Numbered from the stretch's first letter, positions 39,468-52,860 are shown. The stretch is DNA of 64,000 bases from Sphyrna mokarran (GCA_024679065.1 JAGIQG010000014.1:65658001-65722000), one strand, 5' to 3'. Program-made: numbers and translations. The notes: generated by a model from the letters alone, not told the origin.

Positions 39468-39740
39468 CTGGTCATGAAGTTTTATGGCATCTGGTCAAAT
39501 CTGGGCAAGGAAATCTCCTGCGAGTTACTACCTTCCATCCTCCTTCTTCATGCTGATGAATCAGTACTTCGTGTTGAACATCACAAGGAGAAAGTACCCT
39601 GATAAGGGTACTTTTGGTGGTGGACTTCAAAGTTAATCACCATTAGTTGGCTCTGTGGCACTGCTACTGATCAAGAAGAATAAGTCCTGGTGGACATAGA
39701 CACTAGACTGGGTTTGCAGCAGGTGGTGAAGGAACCAACA
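39468..39740 (+). mobile_element. CR1/L2-group LINE endonuclease fragment
   Basis: HEVLWHLVKSGQGNLL...ADESVL.VEHH...LGLQQVVKEPT with frameshifts. Confidence 0.65.
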
Positions 39741-40262
39741 ATACTACTTGGGAGGGAGTTTCAAGATTTGGACCCAATGGCAGTGAAGGAACACAATATA
39801 TTTCCAAGTCAGGACGGTAAGTGACTTGGAGGGGAACTTTCATGTGGTGATGGTCCCATTTATCAAACGCCCTGGTCCTTCTAGATGGTAGCAGTTACAG
39901 GTTTGGGAGGTGCTGCTTAAGGAACCTTAATTAGTTTCTGCAATGCATTTTACAAATGCTAAACACTGCTGCCACCCTTTGTTGGTCTTGGAGGGAGTGA
40001 ATATTTGCTGAAGGGATGTCAATTGAGCAGTCTGCTTTACTCTGGATAGTGTCGGGTTTCTTGACTTTTGTTGAAGCTGTACTCATCCAGGCAAGTGGAC
40101 AATATTCCATCACACTCTTGACTTGCACCTTGTAAATTGTGCACAAGCTTTGGGGAGTCAAGAGGTGAGTTACTCACCATAGCGTTCTTAACCTCTGATC
40201 TGATCTTGTAGCAACGGAATTTATATGGCTGGTTCAATTCAATTTCTGGTCAAATGGTAACC
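39741..40262 (-). mobile_element. CR1/L2-group LINE RT C-terminal fragment
   Basis: LTPQSLCTIYKVQVKSVMEYCPLAW...IQSKA...NIHSL..R.VAAV..I.KMHCRN. Confidence 0.8.
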
Positions 40263-40279
40263 CTAAGAATTTGAAAATG

Positions 40280-40520
40280 ATGGAGACCAAACCAGACAAG
40301 GATAGCAGATTTCTTTCCCTAAAGGGATAAGTGAACCAGGAAGTTCTTTAATGGTAATTGGCAATGGTTTCATAATCACCGTTATTGAGATTAGTTTTTG
40401 ATTCCAGGTTTGTTGATTGAATTTAAATTCCACCAGCTGCCATGGAATTTGAGCCCATGTTCCCAAAGCATTAGCCTGGGTCTCTGGATTATCAGTCCAG
40501 TCAGATTACTACCACCTTCC
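40280..40520 (-). mobile_element. tRNA SINE, second family (5' part)
   Basis: Reverse complement similar to 40836-41070. Confidence 0.75.
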
Positions 40521-40835
40521 CCCTGAAATTTGCATTTTTATGTTTCCATTAACGCAGTAAAATGACCTTGGGAAGACAATTGACACCTCCATATAAGAGC
40601 CAAAAACTCCATCACCTATCCAGTTCAATGTTTTAAATTTGAATGTTGATTGAACCACAATGCAGGGAGTGATCAATTTTATACCACTGCATTCTCTGGA
40701 CAGAGCTTTCGGTGCTGGAAGCATAAAACTGGGAATTCAGGAGAGTGACAATTCCTGATGGACTGGGCTCCTAGCTTGCAAGACTTTTCATCAGAACAAA
40801 AATGTGGCTCATTAACTGTGATCAAGCTCATGAAA

Positions 40836-41188
40836 GGGATATGTTGGCCTAGTGGTTTTATCTCTAGGCTATTAATCCAGGAACTTAGTTAACATTCTGG
40901 GGACCCGGATTTGAATCCCTGCCATGGCAGATAGTCGAATTTCATGAAAAATATCTGAAATTAAGAATCTATTGATGACTATGAAACCATTGTCGATTGT
41001 AGGAAAAACCCATCTGCTTCACTAATGTTCTTTAGGGAAGGAAATCTGTTGTCCTTACCTGGCCTGGCCTACATGTGACTCTAGAGCCACAACAATGTAG
41101 TTGACTCTCAACTGCCCTTGGGCAACTAGGGATGGGCAATAAATGTGGCCAGCCAGCAATGCTCATGTCCCCTAATGAATAAAAAAAA
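40836..41188 (+). mobile_element. Full-length tRNA SINE, second family (Meta-domain-like centre, LINE tail)
   Basis: Head tggcctagtgg...gatttgaatccc; centre aaaacccatctgcttcactaatgttctttagggaaggaaatctg; tail gggcaactagggatgggcaataaatg...atgaataaaaaaaa. Confidence 0.85.
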
Positions 41189-42209
41189 TGTAATCATGCA
41201 AAAAGACACACTTGTTCAAAGAATTGGATGCAGAACACCTCTACGGCTTTCTCTCCAGATTTTTGACCACCTCCATCCCCATGCCTGAATAATGTGTAGG
41301 ACCTGAAAGCCCACTTCATCATCCTCAAACATTCCATATTCCACATCTAACTTGGATTTTGTGTTGGATTTATGTCAATACTTCTATTCCGAAAGGTTTC
41401 AGTTCTGACCACGATCTTCACAGGTCTGCATGACTTATATCTCCATAGCATGCAAGAATAACTCACACATGCTGAGCAGCTACATAGTAACTTTGGCTAT
41501 TGACTGAGCTTCCTGAAACTTCCCCTACTAGATTTTAATAAGGAACGTATTAGTTATTAGAATTAGAATAGGCAATAAACTTGGGAGTTACTTTAATGAA
41601 GCTGCAGCTCACAGAGTGAGGCAATGTGATGTCTCATTAACTTCAAATTTGTTTTCTAATTATTCTTTAAACATGACTAGTTCCCAAGGTGTAAATCAGT
41701 GAATGCTTGAAAAACACATTAATTTTACCAGAAACTAAATTTGTCAAAAGTAGCCCAAACAACGAGCGAACAACGTGCAACTCTGCTAATGACAAGAATC
41801 GATCAGGCAAAGAGCATTCCGACTCAGTCAACCCTACCTTTGTATTAAACTTTATTAACGTCGTAAATTATAACACTATTACAGATGTTCCATGTGTGCT
41901 GAATCATGTGTTATTACAACTTTATGTGACCACATTTAATCAAAAATATGCAGCATATCTATCAGAGGCTTCCTTTGTTTCAGTTGCTATCACACAAGCC
42001 GCTTGATGTTATCCTACACAAGTACTGTGTCTACTTGTCATGGTCCATTCACTTAAGGTGCAGAACAGGGCACTGCTAACTTTGCACTTGCATCAACAAT
42101 GAACAACCAACATCTTGTGCTTTCCTCGAAGGACAGTCCTGAAAGACAAACTCTAGTTTTCCTTTCACAGATGCTGCCAGGCTTGCTAAGTATTTCCAGA
42201 AAAGTCTAG

Positions 42210-43500
42210 GGTGTTTGGATACATAGAGAGAGTCACAGCACAGAGAGAGACTCTTTAACATGTTGTGGCTGCACTGGCTATCAAGCACCTATTTACTTTA
42301 ATTCCCATTTTCCAGCAATTGGTCCATAATCTTGCAATGCTATGGAGATACAAACCCTTATCTAAATACTTCTGCAATGTTATGATGGTTCCTACCTCTG
42401 CCATTCAGACAGTGAGTTCCAGAATCCCCCCACCATCTGTTTTAAAAAGGATTTCCTCAAATCCCCTCTAAATTTCCTGATCATTGCCTTAAATTTATAC
42501 TTCATAGTTATTGACCTCCCTATTAAGGGGAAATGTTCCTATATTTATGTTCTTTTCCTGAGCTTTCTCTGCTCTAATGATAGCAGTTCCATTCTAACCA
42601 GCTTCTCTTCATAGCTAAAATGCTTCAGTCCAGGTAATATCTTGGTGACTTTCCTTTGTACCCTTTCTAGTGCAATCCCAGCCCTCTCTATAGTGTGGTG
42701 ACCAGAACTGCATACAGCACTCTAGCTGTGGCCTAACAAGCATTTTAGGCTCCATCATAACCTGCCTAGAAATGCCTCAGCTAATAAAGTATGCCTTTTT
42801 AACCACTGTATCTACTGTCCTGCTACCTTCACAGACCAATGGATATGCACCCCAAGATGGCTCTGGTCTTCTGCACCTACAAACATCCTACTGTTCATTG
42901 TGTATTTCCTTGCTTTGTTAGTTCTCCCAAAATTGTCCCCTTGCACTTTTCAGGACTAAATTTCATTTGCTACTATTCTGCCCATCTGATTACCCAATCC
43001 ATATTGTCCTGTAATCTAAAACTTTTCTCTTCGCGATTTACCACACCACCAATTTTTGTGCCATCTGTGAACTTACTGATCATAACCCCTAAATTCATAT
43101 CTAAATCATTAATGTCCGTTACAAACAGCAAGAGACCCAACACCACAGATCCCTGTGGTACACCACTGAACTCAGACTTCTAAATACAAAAAGAATCTTC
43201 GACTAGCAACCTCTGCTTCCTCTCAGTGAGCCAATTTTGGATGCAATTTGCTAAATTGCCCTGGATCACATGGGCTCATACCTTCTTGATCGGTCTTCCA
43301 TGCAGGACCCTGTCAAAACCTTACTGAAGTTCATATACATAACATCCACTGCATTGCCCTAATCTACACACTTAGTCACCTCCTCAAAGTTGCTGGATAT
43401 GTTTTTGTCTTGACAATGCCACGCTGACCATCCTTGATTAATCTTAGTCCCTCCCAGTGAGGATTAAATCTATTCCTCAGCATTTCTTCCAATAATTTCT
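42210..43500 (-). mobile_element. CR1 LINE RT and 3' end (decayed)
   Basis: cagatccctgtggtacaccact (GVPQGSV on minus), ttttgtgccatctgtgaactt (KF.D.TK). Confidence 0.85.
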
Positions 43501-43579
43501 CCCCATAATTTATCACAAGTACAACAGTGGATAGAAAAATATAAAAGGCAACAATATTTTTAATTTTAGTAAATAGAAG

Positions 43580-44240
43580 GAATTTTCTGAAGAGAGGTTT
43601 AATAGGTTGGGCCTGTACTCATTAGAGTTCAGAAGAATGAAAGGTGACCTTATTAAGACATAAAGGATTCTTTGGGGACTGACAGAATACTTGGTTGGAG
43701 ATTGCTTCCCCTTGTGGGAGTGTCTGGGACCAGAAGGCGTCATTTCAGAATAACAGGTCCCCTTTTAAGACGGAAATGAGAAGGTATTTCTTCTCTTAGA
43801 GGATAGTGAATCTTTGGAATTCTTTTCTGCAATGGGCTGTAGGGCATTAAGTATGTTCTAGGATGTGGTAGAGAGATATTTAATTGATCAGGGAATCAAG
43901 GGTTATGGAGATTAGACAGGTAAGTGGATTATCATGTAAAATTGGTCATGATCTCATTGAATGGTGGGGCAGGTTTGATAGGCCGGTTGTTCTACTTCTC
44001 CTTTCTCCCCATGATCTAAGTGGAAAGTAACACTAAATATGTACAAAATACCAATTAAACCATGGTACAGTTTGCTTTGGATTCCCCATTGTAGAAGAAG
44101 AAATAGGATGATGTCTAGGATGATGTCCTACATGGATAAGATGTGAATGGAAGGATATGAAATCCATAAGTGCATATAGTTTTAGTTTAGGTTGTTATTA
44201 TGATCAGCAGAGGCTTGGAGGGCTGAAGGGCCTGTTCCTA
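43580..44240 (+). mobile_element. CR1 LINE 3' ends (two adjacent fragments)
   Basis: agaagaatgaaaggtgaccttatt...gtgaatctttggaattct; second tail gggctgaagggcctgttcc...ttctttgttctttg. Confidence 0.75.
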
Positions 44241-45044
44241 CTTTTCTTTGTTCTTTGATTGACAATTATAGTTATTATATAAACAGTATACTTTGTCTGT
44301 ACATTGTCCAAGGACAATACTTGTAACTGTGTACCAATCCATGTGACAATAATAGATCAAATCAAATCTGTTAAGAGCAGAATATCAAAGCATTGGGATT
44401 ATTTTGCATTGTAGCAGAGAAGGCCAGAGATTTATTGGTGGGTTATAGTCAATGAGGAAAGATTTGTTCCTCTGTTTGGTAATCACTGACACAGGCTGAT
44501 TAATTTAAAATGATCACTGAAGATAGATGCTAGGAAAACTTTCTTTAATCAGCAAGTTCTGAAATACTTTGACACATGGAACAGATTGAGGAAAAGAAAA
44601 TCACCATAATTTGAAGGAAAAATTGGATAAATATTTGAAGCAGAAAAAGATCACAAGAGAATAAGTCAGTAGGGTTAGTTTTTTCATTGCTTGAACAATG
44701 AGTTGGCCTGAAAATGCTGAAAGACCTCTTTCTATAATGGTAATGTCCTGTGGAAATGTTTATTGAAAGTGAGTTCAAATTTGATGAATTCGCCTGAGAA
44801 AAGTAATGAATGTTTGAAGGATATATCACCCCTGCTTTTTTGTTTAACCTGGGATGTTTGATTAAAGGCTGACACAGCTTTTGTGTGCTAGTTTGCTTCT
44901 CATTTTCAACCCACGCTGCTGAATGGTAGCAATGTAAATGTGGGAGTCTCTCTCTGTCGGTACATTACCACTCCGTCAGCAAGTCTTTGTGCAGTTGTGT
45001 CTCTTCATAACGATGCGGAAACTGGGTCTTCATAATAATTTTTT

Positions 45045-45380
45045 AATTTATTCATGAGACATGGAGTCACTGGCTGGCCAACTTTATTACACATCCTTTG
45101 GAGGAATCGAGAATCAACCACATTGTTGTGGCTCTGGAGTCATTTATAGGCAAGACCAGGTAAGAATGGCAAATTTTCTCCCCTAAAGGGCATTAGTGAA
45201 TCAGATAGGTTTTTCCGACAATTGATAATGGTTTCACTGTTAGATTCTTAATTCTAGATATTTTATGGAATTGAAATTCTACCACCTGCTGTGGTAGGAT
45301 TTGAACTCGGGTCCTCAGAACATTAGCTGAGCTTCTGGAATAATAGTCGAGTGATAATATCATAAAGCCGTTGACTCACC
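45045..45380 (-). mobile_element. tRNA SINE, second family
   Basis: Reverse complement of 40836-41188. Confidence 0.82.
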
Positions 45381-45949
45381 TCTAGTCTTATGGTTCCCGA
45401 CTAAAACTTCAGAGGAACTCAAAGGAACTCTGGCATCCAGACATGCAGTGAGGCTCACTGGCATGTGGATAATTAGTGATACTAATGAACCGAATTCTCA
45501 GTTATAGGCGAATAACTGTACTGCATTATGGATACCTCTGGAAAGTTGTCGGCTCAACTTTAACTAAAAATCTGAAATGGAGATTGATATCCAAATACAT
45601 CATCTTTCCGGCAACTCCTGCATTCCTTTACAATCACTTAGAGAGGAGGAGGGACACTGACAATTGGGCAACACAGTGCTTCCCTAAGTGTTGCCCAGCC
45701 TTTTCACCTTGCCAACGAGGCTTCGGTTTCTCTTTGCCAAGGAGGCTTCAGTTTCATCAAAGAGCATTAACGCAACATAGATGATAACGGTTAGGAGTGA
45801 TAAGCCCAACTGGTTTGGGTTAGAGAACAGATGCTGTAGCCTATTTCTAGTATTGGGATTGAGCATCGTGTCCCATGGGTCAGCCTTTATCTACCACTGT
45901 CTCTGATCAGCAAGTTGCTCACCTGCCATGGTACAACATGATAGGTGAG

Positions 45950-46172
45950 GTCAGCTCGAGTGGGGAAACATTGAAATCCTTCAAGATCTGCTGTGCGGCC
46001 AAACAGCTGGTGTTCTGGCACCACCAGTGTATCATGCAACTCCTCAGCCCACTGTCTTCCTCTGCAGCACTTGCCATGCCCAAGTTGGGCTTCTGAACGA
46101 CACCAGGCAATGCTTAACATAGAGTTGACCGGCGCAACACAAACCATCATCTTACAAGATGGAAGGCTGCCA
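45950..46172 (+). mobile_element. RTE-clade LINE 3' end
   Basis: FLCSTCHAQVGLLN..RQC* zinc-finger-like end, then accatcatcttacaagatggaaggctgcca, an RTE-like 3' UTR. Confidence 0.55.
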
Positions 46173-46874
46173 CAGTGACTGGCACATCAATGCACTACTG
46201 CAGGAGTCCTGGAGAGGGTGTTTTTCAGATGAAGCCTTAAATCCATTTTAGAAGTGGTCACAAAAGATCCAATTATTTTGATGATTCCTTTGTAGTGTTC
46301 TGTTTATAGCTCCAGTACAGACTGTGGTTTCAAAAGAATGTTGTTTGTATTTGTCTTTCTTTTGTTAGAGAGAAGGCTTGCTGGCCTCTGGTCTTTTGGA
46401 CTCTGTTATTAATGGAATACATGCTTCTCAAGACATTGTAAGGAACTTTAGACAAATGGCCCTCAGCAGTTATGTTTTCATCCCCATTTGTCTTAAAAGT
46501 ACAGTTGAAAAGAAATGAGGGATAAAAATATCTCAGATCAGAGTTATTAGCCCACTCACCCTAAGTACCAGCTCCATCTGTATATCTTCCAATTAACTTC
46601 CAGTTCAAGAAGTCTTCAATTTTTCAACCAATTGTAATTTGTGACAAATATTTTTTTTCAATTCCTTTGCTGTCTTATTTTAATTTTTGCATTGTTCTTG
46701 TCATTAATTATTTGGAAATGTTTCGAATTGTTGATTTGCTTCTGGAAATTAGATAGCTAACTCTCACTTTGTCACTTATTTGTTTGAACCACCATAGCCA
46801 TGGTGCATTGTGTTGGTGCGTCTCTGGATTTCTTCAAGTCTCCCACAATCCACATCTCAATGTGACCTTTCATT

Positions 46875-47050
46875 AATCAGCATTTATTGTCCATTCCTAG
46901 TTACCCTTGAATTGAGTGGATTGCTGGACCATCCGAGAGGGCAGTTGAGAGTCAACTGTTTTACTATAGTTCTGGAATCACTTGTAAACCACACCAGGAA
47001 GGGACAGCAGATTTCCTTCCCTAAGGGACATTAGTGAATCAGATAGGTTT
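46875..47050 (-). mobile_element. tRNA SINE, second family (3' part)
   Basis: gcatttattgtccattcctagttaccctt...gatttccttccctaagggacattagtgaa. Confidence 0.75.
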
Positions 47051-47394
47051 AGCCATCCGATTTTTCTTCTATTTTTTCCATTTACCGCTCACTCTAATGA
47101 TAGTTGGTGAGAAATTTATTTGCATAGCTCTGCTTCTCACATCATTACACGATTGTATTTCAATTCCCCACTACCTTCGTGACTCATGTGATGTTCCTTG
47201 TTGTTGCCATTAAAGAAACTTATGTGAGCTGCACCAGTCGTAGTCCACTTCCTGCTCCTGGGGAATCAACATAACACTGCTTACATGAATGAATTTCTCT
47301 CCCCACCAGGTTTTAAACTGCCCCAAATTCTCGGAATTCTATTTGAATCAGCACTTACAAGCATTCATTTCTCATCATTCATCACAATAATCTC

Positions 47395-48322
47395 TCCCTT
47401 AATGTCAACAAAATGAAGGAGATTTCAGAAAGCCTAAAGGAGAACATGTCTACATCAACCAGGGTGAAATAGAAACGGTCGAGAGCTTCAAGTTTTCAGA
47501 TCATCCACAATCTGTCCTAGTCCCCCCCATGCCACACTATATTTAAGAAACCCTTCAACGTCTCTACTTTCTCAGAAGACTAAAGAAATCTGGCATGTTA
47601 GCTACGACTCTTACTAACTTTTACAGATGTACCTTGGAAAGTATTATTTCTGGCTGTATCACAGCTTGGTATGGTTCCTGCTCTGCCCAAGACTGCAAGG
47701 AACTCCAAAAGGTTGTGAATGTAGCCCAACCCATCACGCAAACCAGCATCCCAACCATTGATTCTGTCTACAATTCCCATTGCCTCGGTAAACAGCCAGC
47801 GTAATTAAGGATCCCATGCACCCTGGACATTCTCTTTTTCACCTTCTTCCATCAGGAAAAAGATACAAAAGTCTGAGGTCATGTACCAACTGACTCAATA
47901 GCTTCTTCCCTGCTGCTGTCAGACTTTTGAATGTAAGTTGATCTTTCTCTACACCTTAGCTATGACTATAACACTACATTCTCTCATTTCTTTTTCTATG
48001 AACAGTATGTTTTGTTTGTATATACAACGTGGGTTTTCTCCGGGTGCTCCGGTTTCCTCCCACATCCCAAAGATGTGCTCTTAGGCTAATTGGCAAAACA
48101 AATTCTCCCTAAATTGTCTCAAATTTGGTTTTTAATCCATAGATCTATAAACATAGACAGGGATCATGGGTAGAGGTGGGAACATCGGGGTGGCAGCATG
48201 GGCTTGTTGGGCCAAAGGGCCTGTTTCCCATGCTGTTTTGTTCTTTGTTCTTTGTTATAGTGTGTAAGAAACAATACTTTTCACTGTATGTTAATACATT
48301 TGACAACAACAAATCAAATCAA
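47395..48322 (+). mobile_element. Rex1/Babar LINE 3' portion with nested V-SINE variant (48028-48257)
   Basis: RLYFLRRLKK..M..TTLTNFYRCTLESIISGCITAWYGSCSAQDCKELQKVVNVAQPI; (aaatc)n tail. Confidence 0.9.
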
Positions 48323-51300
48323 AAACTGTGTGTTTCCATTTGAGAATGATGATTAATAGTTTTGGTAAATTATATTAAGGCAAAATTAAAATGTTGCAGT
48401 ATGCTTTGCAGCAATTTATTCATTTCTGTCGAAGAGGGACTTGTCTCCTTTTCAAGGAGTACAGGAGTTCCCAGCTGTAGGGTTTCAGTCTCAGTTGGCA
48501 GTTGTTGAAAGAATGCCTGAGGGAAAATGTCAAAAAACTGCGCATGAAGAGAGCTGTCATAAAGAAGTCAACTGTGGTTTGCACATTCTGCCAACAATAA
48601 GTGAGCAAAGTCCTGTCTTGGCTAAACAAATGGTAATGCAAAGCCTTAGCAATAACAACAGATGATACATAAGGAAAAGTTCAACTTTCATCACTGCATG
48701 GTCAACCAGACAGTACGTAGAGCTTCAAACCATGAGAATGACAATCGTCTGACCATAGCAACAATGTTTTACGGGCTGTCATAACATTGATAAGATGTCC
48801 CATATGGCATGACTTCACAATATGAAATCTTGAGGTATCAGTGGCAATTTGATATACAAATTTGGAATTGATGCCAATCCTGTTGCCAAGATATTGTGGT
48901 TAAATGTTGTGAAGCCAGTAGGTATATATCCGGTGGTTTCACACTGTACTATGGTGAGCTTTAGACCTGTTTCTATTCATTGGTTTTATTAATTATTTGG
49001 TAATAGTGTAGATACATAGTCTGTTTGATGATACTAAAGTCTGTGCAAGGAGTTAAGACAGAAAGAAGTGCAACTTAGTGCAAAAGGATTTAGATGTGCT
49101 CATGAAATAGGTCATAAAATGGCAAATTGCATTTAACCTTGATAAATGGTAGGACCAACATAAAATATGCATCTCCATCTTCAAAGAACAACATTAAAAA
49201 CATTTTAATGTGTGAAGGAACTAGATGTTACAGCTCAGTGGTACCCCAAGTCAAGATCATAACCAATGCAGAGAAAGTGAGCAGAATTTTTCATTGAGTG
49301 GTGAGATACTGAATTTGGACCTTTACAGGGTCCAGAGCCCACCAATGTCATTACCCCATGTTCCAGTGCATTCAGGAGTGTGACCACCTGATTCACTGGC
49401 TGTTGAGGATGGTGGGGAGGGTGCTCCTGAGGCTGCAGGCCCAATCAGAGGGCAGTTGTATGGGGAGTCAGGCACATGATTGTGAGGGCATTTCAGCCTG
49501 GAGGTGCCTTGACTTGCATCCATTGAAGTTAAGTTAAGTGGTCCAAAACAAAATATGGTCATTGGGATGGAGAAGAACCCTTCCTCAGGACCATTTTAGA
49601 TAGGGAGGGTGGCTTTTTGTAGAATCATGGAACCATAGAATCCCTGCAGTGCAGAAGGGAAGCCTTTGGGCCCATTGAATCTGTACCAACACTCTGAAAG
49701 ACCCAAGCCCTTTCCAACATCTTATCCCTGTAATCACATACATTTTCTATCTTGAGTGGGTTGATTGTACATCAAATCTGATTCAGAAAGAGAAATAAAG
49801 AATGAGAAATAAAGGTTGGGTTAAGATGGAGGGACAAAACGGAAGAGGAAAAATACTTTCATTAATTTGACGTTCCAAAAAAATTCAAAATCTGCCTGAA
49901 TGAGATTCCACGGGGTGATTGTCCCATTGCTCCAGCAGCGCAATGGGCCAGGAAACATCAGTGAGGCTGCCTACTGGCTCCAAGCTGGGTGCCAAGGCCT
50001 CTGTGCATCTCCGAGGTCAGGATTTCTGGCATCATCAACTCCATGGCTGAAATCAGTGAAGAACTAATTTAAATGTTAAAATAAGCATTTTCCATCCAAT
50101 TAGCAGGCCTGGAACTGAAGTCCACAGGCCCACTATCACTCCAGCGTTGTTTACAACATCTCTGCACTATAAGATGAACTGGTGGCTCCACCCCGCTGGA
50201 GTGAAAGGAGGCCATGGAGGCCTCTCCAGGAGGGCAGGGGTAAAAGAGGGCTGCCACTGGAGCAATGCCAGCCCAACCACCTTACACTGCCTCAGGGACA
50301 AAATGGCAAATTCCAAGGGGTATCTTGACACAGCCAATGGGACATCAGGCAGTGCCAAGATGGTGGAGCCTGAAGGGGATGATGGGGCACTGCCTATGTG
50401 GGGGAGATCGGTGGGGGGGAGGATCGTGCTGCCACTCTGCAGTTGGGATCATGGACAGAGGAAGGGAGGGGACTGATCAGGTCTAGCCAATGAGGTGGGA
50501 GGGACGCTGCTGGTGAGATGGGATCCAGCGTGGTGGGAAGGAGGGGATCGAGATGGACTGAGAGAGGAGTAGCCAGGGCTGGCCCAGAGATGTCCAGGAG
50601 GCCAGCAATCGGGGGACAAGAAGATTGGAGGGGCAGCAATGGTGGCGGGGGGCAGGGGGAAGGTATGCAGTTGCTGTGCTCACCAGCGAGCAGGAGACTG
50701 GCAATGGGGGCTGAATCATCCAGGATTCCCTACTTCTACCAGTCTTGCCTTCATTCTAAGAGGAATGTAGTTATGCTAATTTTAGACTTAAATAATTATT
50801 GTTTGTTTGTTTGTATCTGTCCAGCAAGTGCATCAACTTTGAGGCATTCAATGTACATCAATAGCAAAGCAGACATATGTTTTTTGCAAAGTGGTGGTGT
50901 TGTACATTTCTGACAATAAGTTTAGAATATGCACATTTAACTGTGTATCTGTCTCTCAACTTAATTTGCTGTGCTATGTACAAATAAATAACTGCCAGTG
51001 GCACTAGACTCACCATTATTTACGCTGAAAATTTGGCGCCTTTGTTAAGAGCAAGCGACCGTAGATCCTGCTTTGCTATGCTATATTATTGGCACAATTT
51101 GGCCAAAAGGTGTGTAACTGGTATAAAAGATCATGATTGGCATTGTCCACCTCCCCCAACCTCCCCCACTTCCACCTCGTCCCGTGGGTCATGTTTTCCA
51201 GCTCTGGAGGCAGACCACCATTGGCCTGCGGTGAGATCTTCCAGCCCCACCACTGTCAACAGGATTTGGTGTTGTTTGCACGCTCGCCAGAGTGGGTGGT

Positions 51301-52097
51301 TCACCACTGGCGGAATTGGGAGACGTTGCTGGCAGGAATGGCCAGAAAATTTTGATCAACATAATTTTAAGCAAATTTTGCGTGTAATTTGAGGGAGAGA
51401 TCAGCTATGATCTGATTGAATGGCACAGCAGGTTCGGAAGGCTGCATTTGCCTACTTTTGCTCTTAATTCCTAAGTTCCTATGTGATGCATCTCACGTTT
51501 CTGCGATCTTTGATGTTAGTTTTAAAAACAGCAAGCTGGGAGCAGTCAGGCAAAGAAAACTGGACAATTCCTAGGGTGAATTAATCACCAGTGGGAGTTT
51601 CTGCTAATTGTGGTCACTTACAGGCCTTCAGGAAAACTGTAAAAATTAAATTGGCTCTTTTTGACGGAAGGATACTAAAACCTCTCTGTTTCAAAAACTT
51701 TTAAAGATGATTTCAGTTTTAATTTATCAAGTTGACAAATGTGCACCAATATAACAAGAAATCACTATTATGTATCTTTTCAGGTTATTCAGAAGTGGTA
51801 GATTCGTGCAGTGATGAAAAATGTTTATTTTTGCAATCAATTTTCTGCTATTTTAGTCAAAATTCACCAAGTTAACAATATGCAATTGTAAAACAACAGG
51901 TTTAAACAAAACCATTTAATCAAAGAAAACAGCACATTTTAAAGCATACCTGTTCACGGCAGATGATATGCACATGGTGTTGAGTAGAGGGGATGATACA
52001 ATGGGCATAATTTTAGACATAATTTGCACCAAAATTAGCAATTGTATTCAATTCCACGCAGAAAAGTCATGAAACGTAGAGTGACTATTATGAGCGA

Positions 52098-52292
52098 TGA
52101 TGCAGAAATGTTGGTGTTGGACTGGAGTGGGCACAGTAAGAAGTCTCACAACACCAGGTTAAAATCCAACAGGTTTATTTGGAATCATGAGCTTTTTGGA
52201 GTGTCGCTCCTTCATCAGGTGAGTCTGAAAAAGCTTGTGATTCCAAATAAACCTGTTGGACTTTAACCTGATGTTGCGACACTTTTTACTAT
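52098..52292. mobile_element. Penelope-derived inverted-repeat element
   Basis: 49-bp arms 52149-52197 and 52228-52276 with 4 mismatches. Confidence 0.75.
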
Positions 52293-52404
52293 TCTAGGCA
52301 AGTTGAAGATGGCTATGGACTTAGCTAGAAATTTCCTAAACTTGCTTTTATGTGATATTATCCTAGAAATTGGTCTGCCCAATGCCCATTTTCTAAGCAC
52401 TATA

Positions 52405-52860
52405 AGAACAAAGAACAAAGAAAATCACAGCACAGGAACAGGCCCTTCAGCCGTCCAAGCCTATACCGACCATGCTACCTGACTGAACTAAAACTCCTAC
52501 CTTTCCTGGGACGATATCCCTCTATTCCCATCCTATTCATGTATTTGTCAAGATGCTCCTTAAAAGTCACTACCGTATCCACTTCCATTATCTTCCCTGG
52601 CAATGAGTTCTACTACTCTGTGCAAAAAATCTGCCTCATTTATCTCCTTTAAATGTTGCCCCTCACACCTTGAACCTGTGCCTCCTAAAAATTGACTCTT
52701 CCACTCTCTATAACTCAAATCATCAAATTCCAGTAGCATTCTAGTGAATGTTTTCTGCACTCTTTCAGTTTAATAATATCCTTTCTATTATAGGGTGACC
52801 AGATTGTACTCAGCATTCCAAGAGTAGCCTTACCAATGTCTTGTACAACTTCAACAAGAC
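52405..52860 (-). mobile_element. CR1 LINE 3' end, (ttctttg)n tail subtype
   Basis: aagaacaaagaacaaagaaaatcacagcacaggaacaggccctt; related copy at 28770-28940. Confidence 0.8.
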
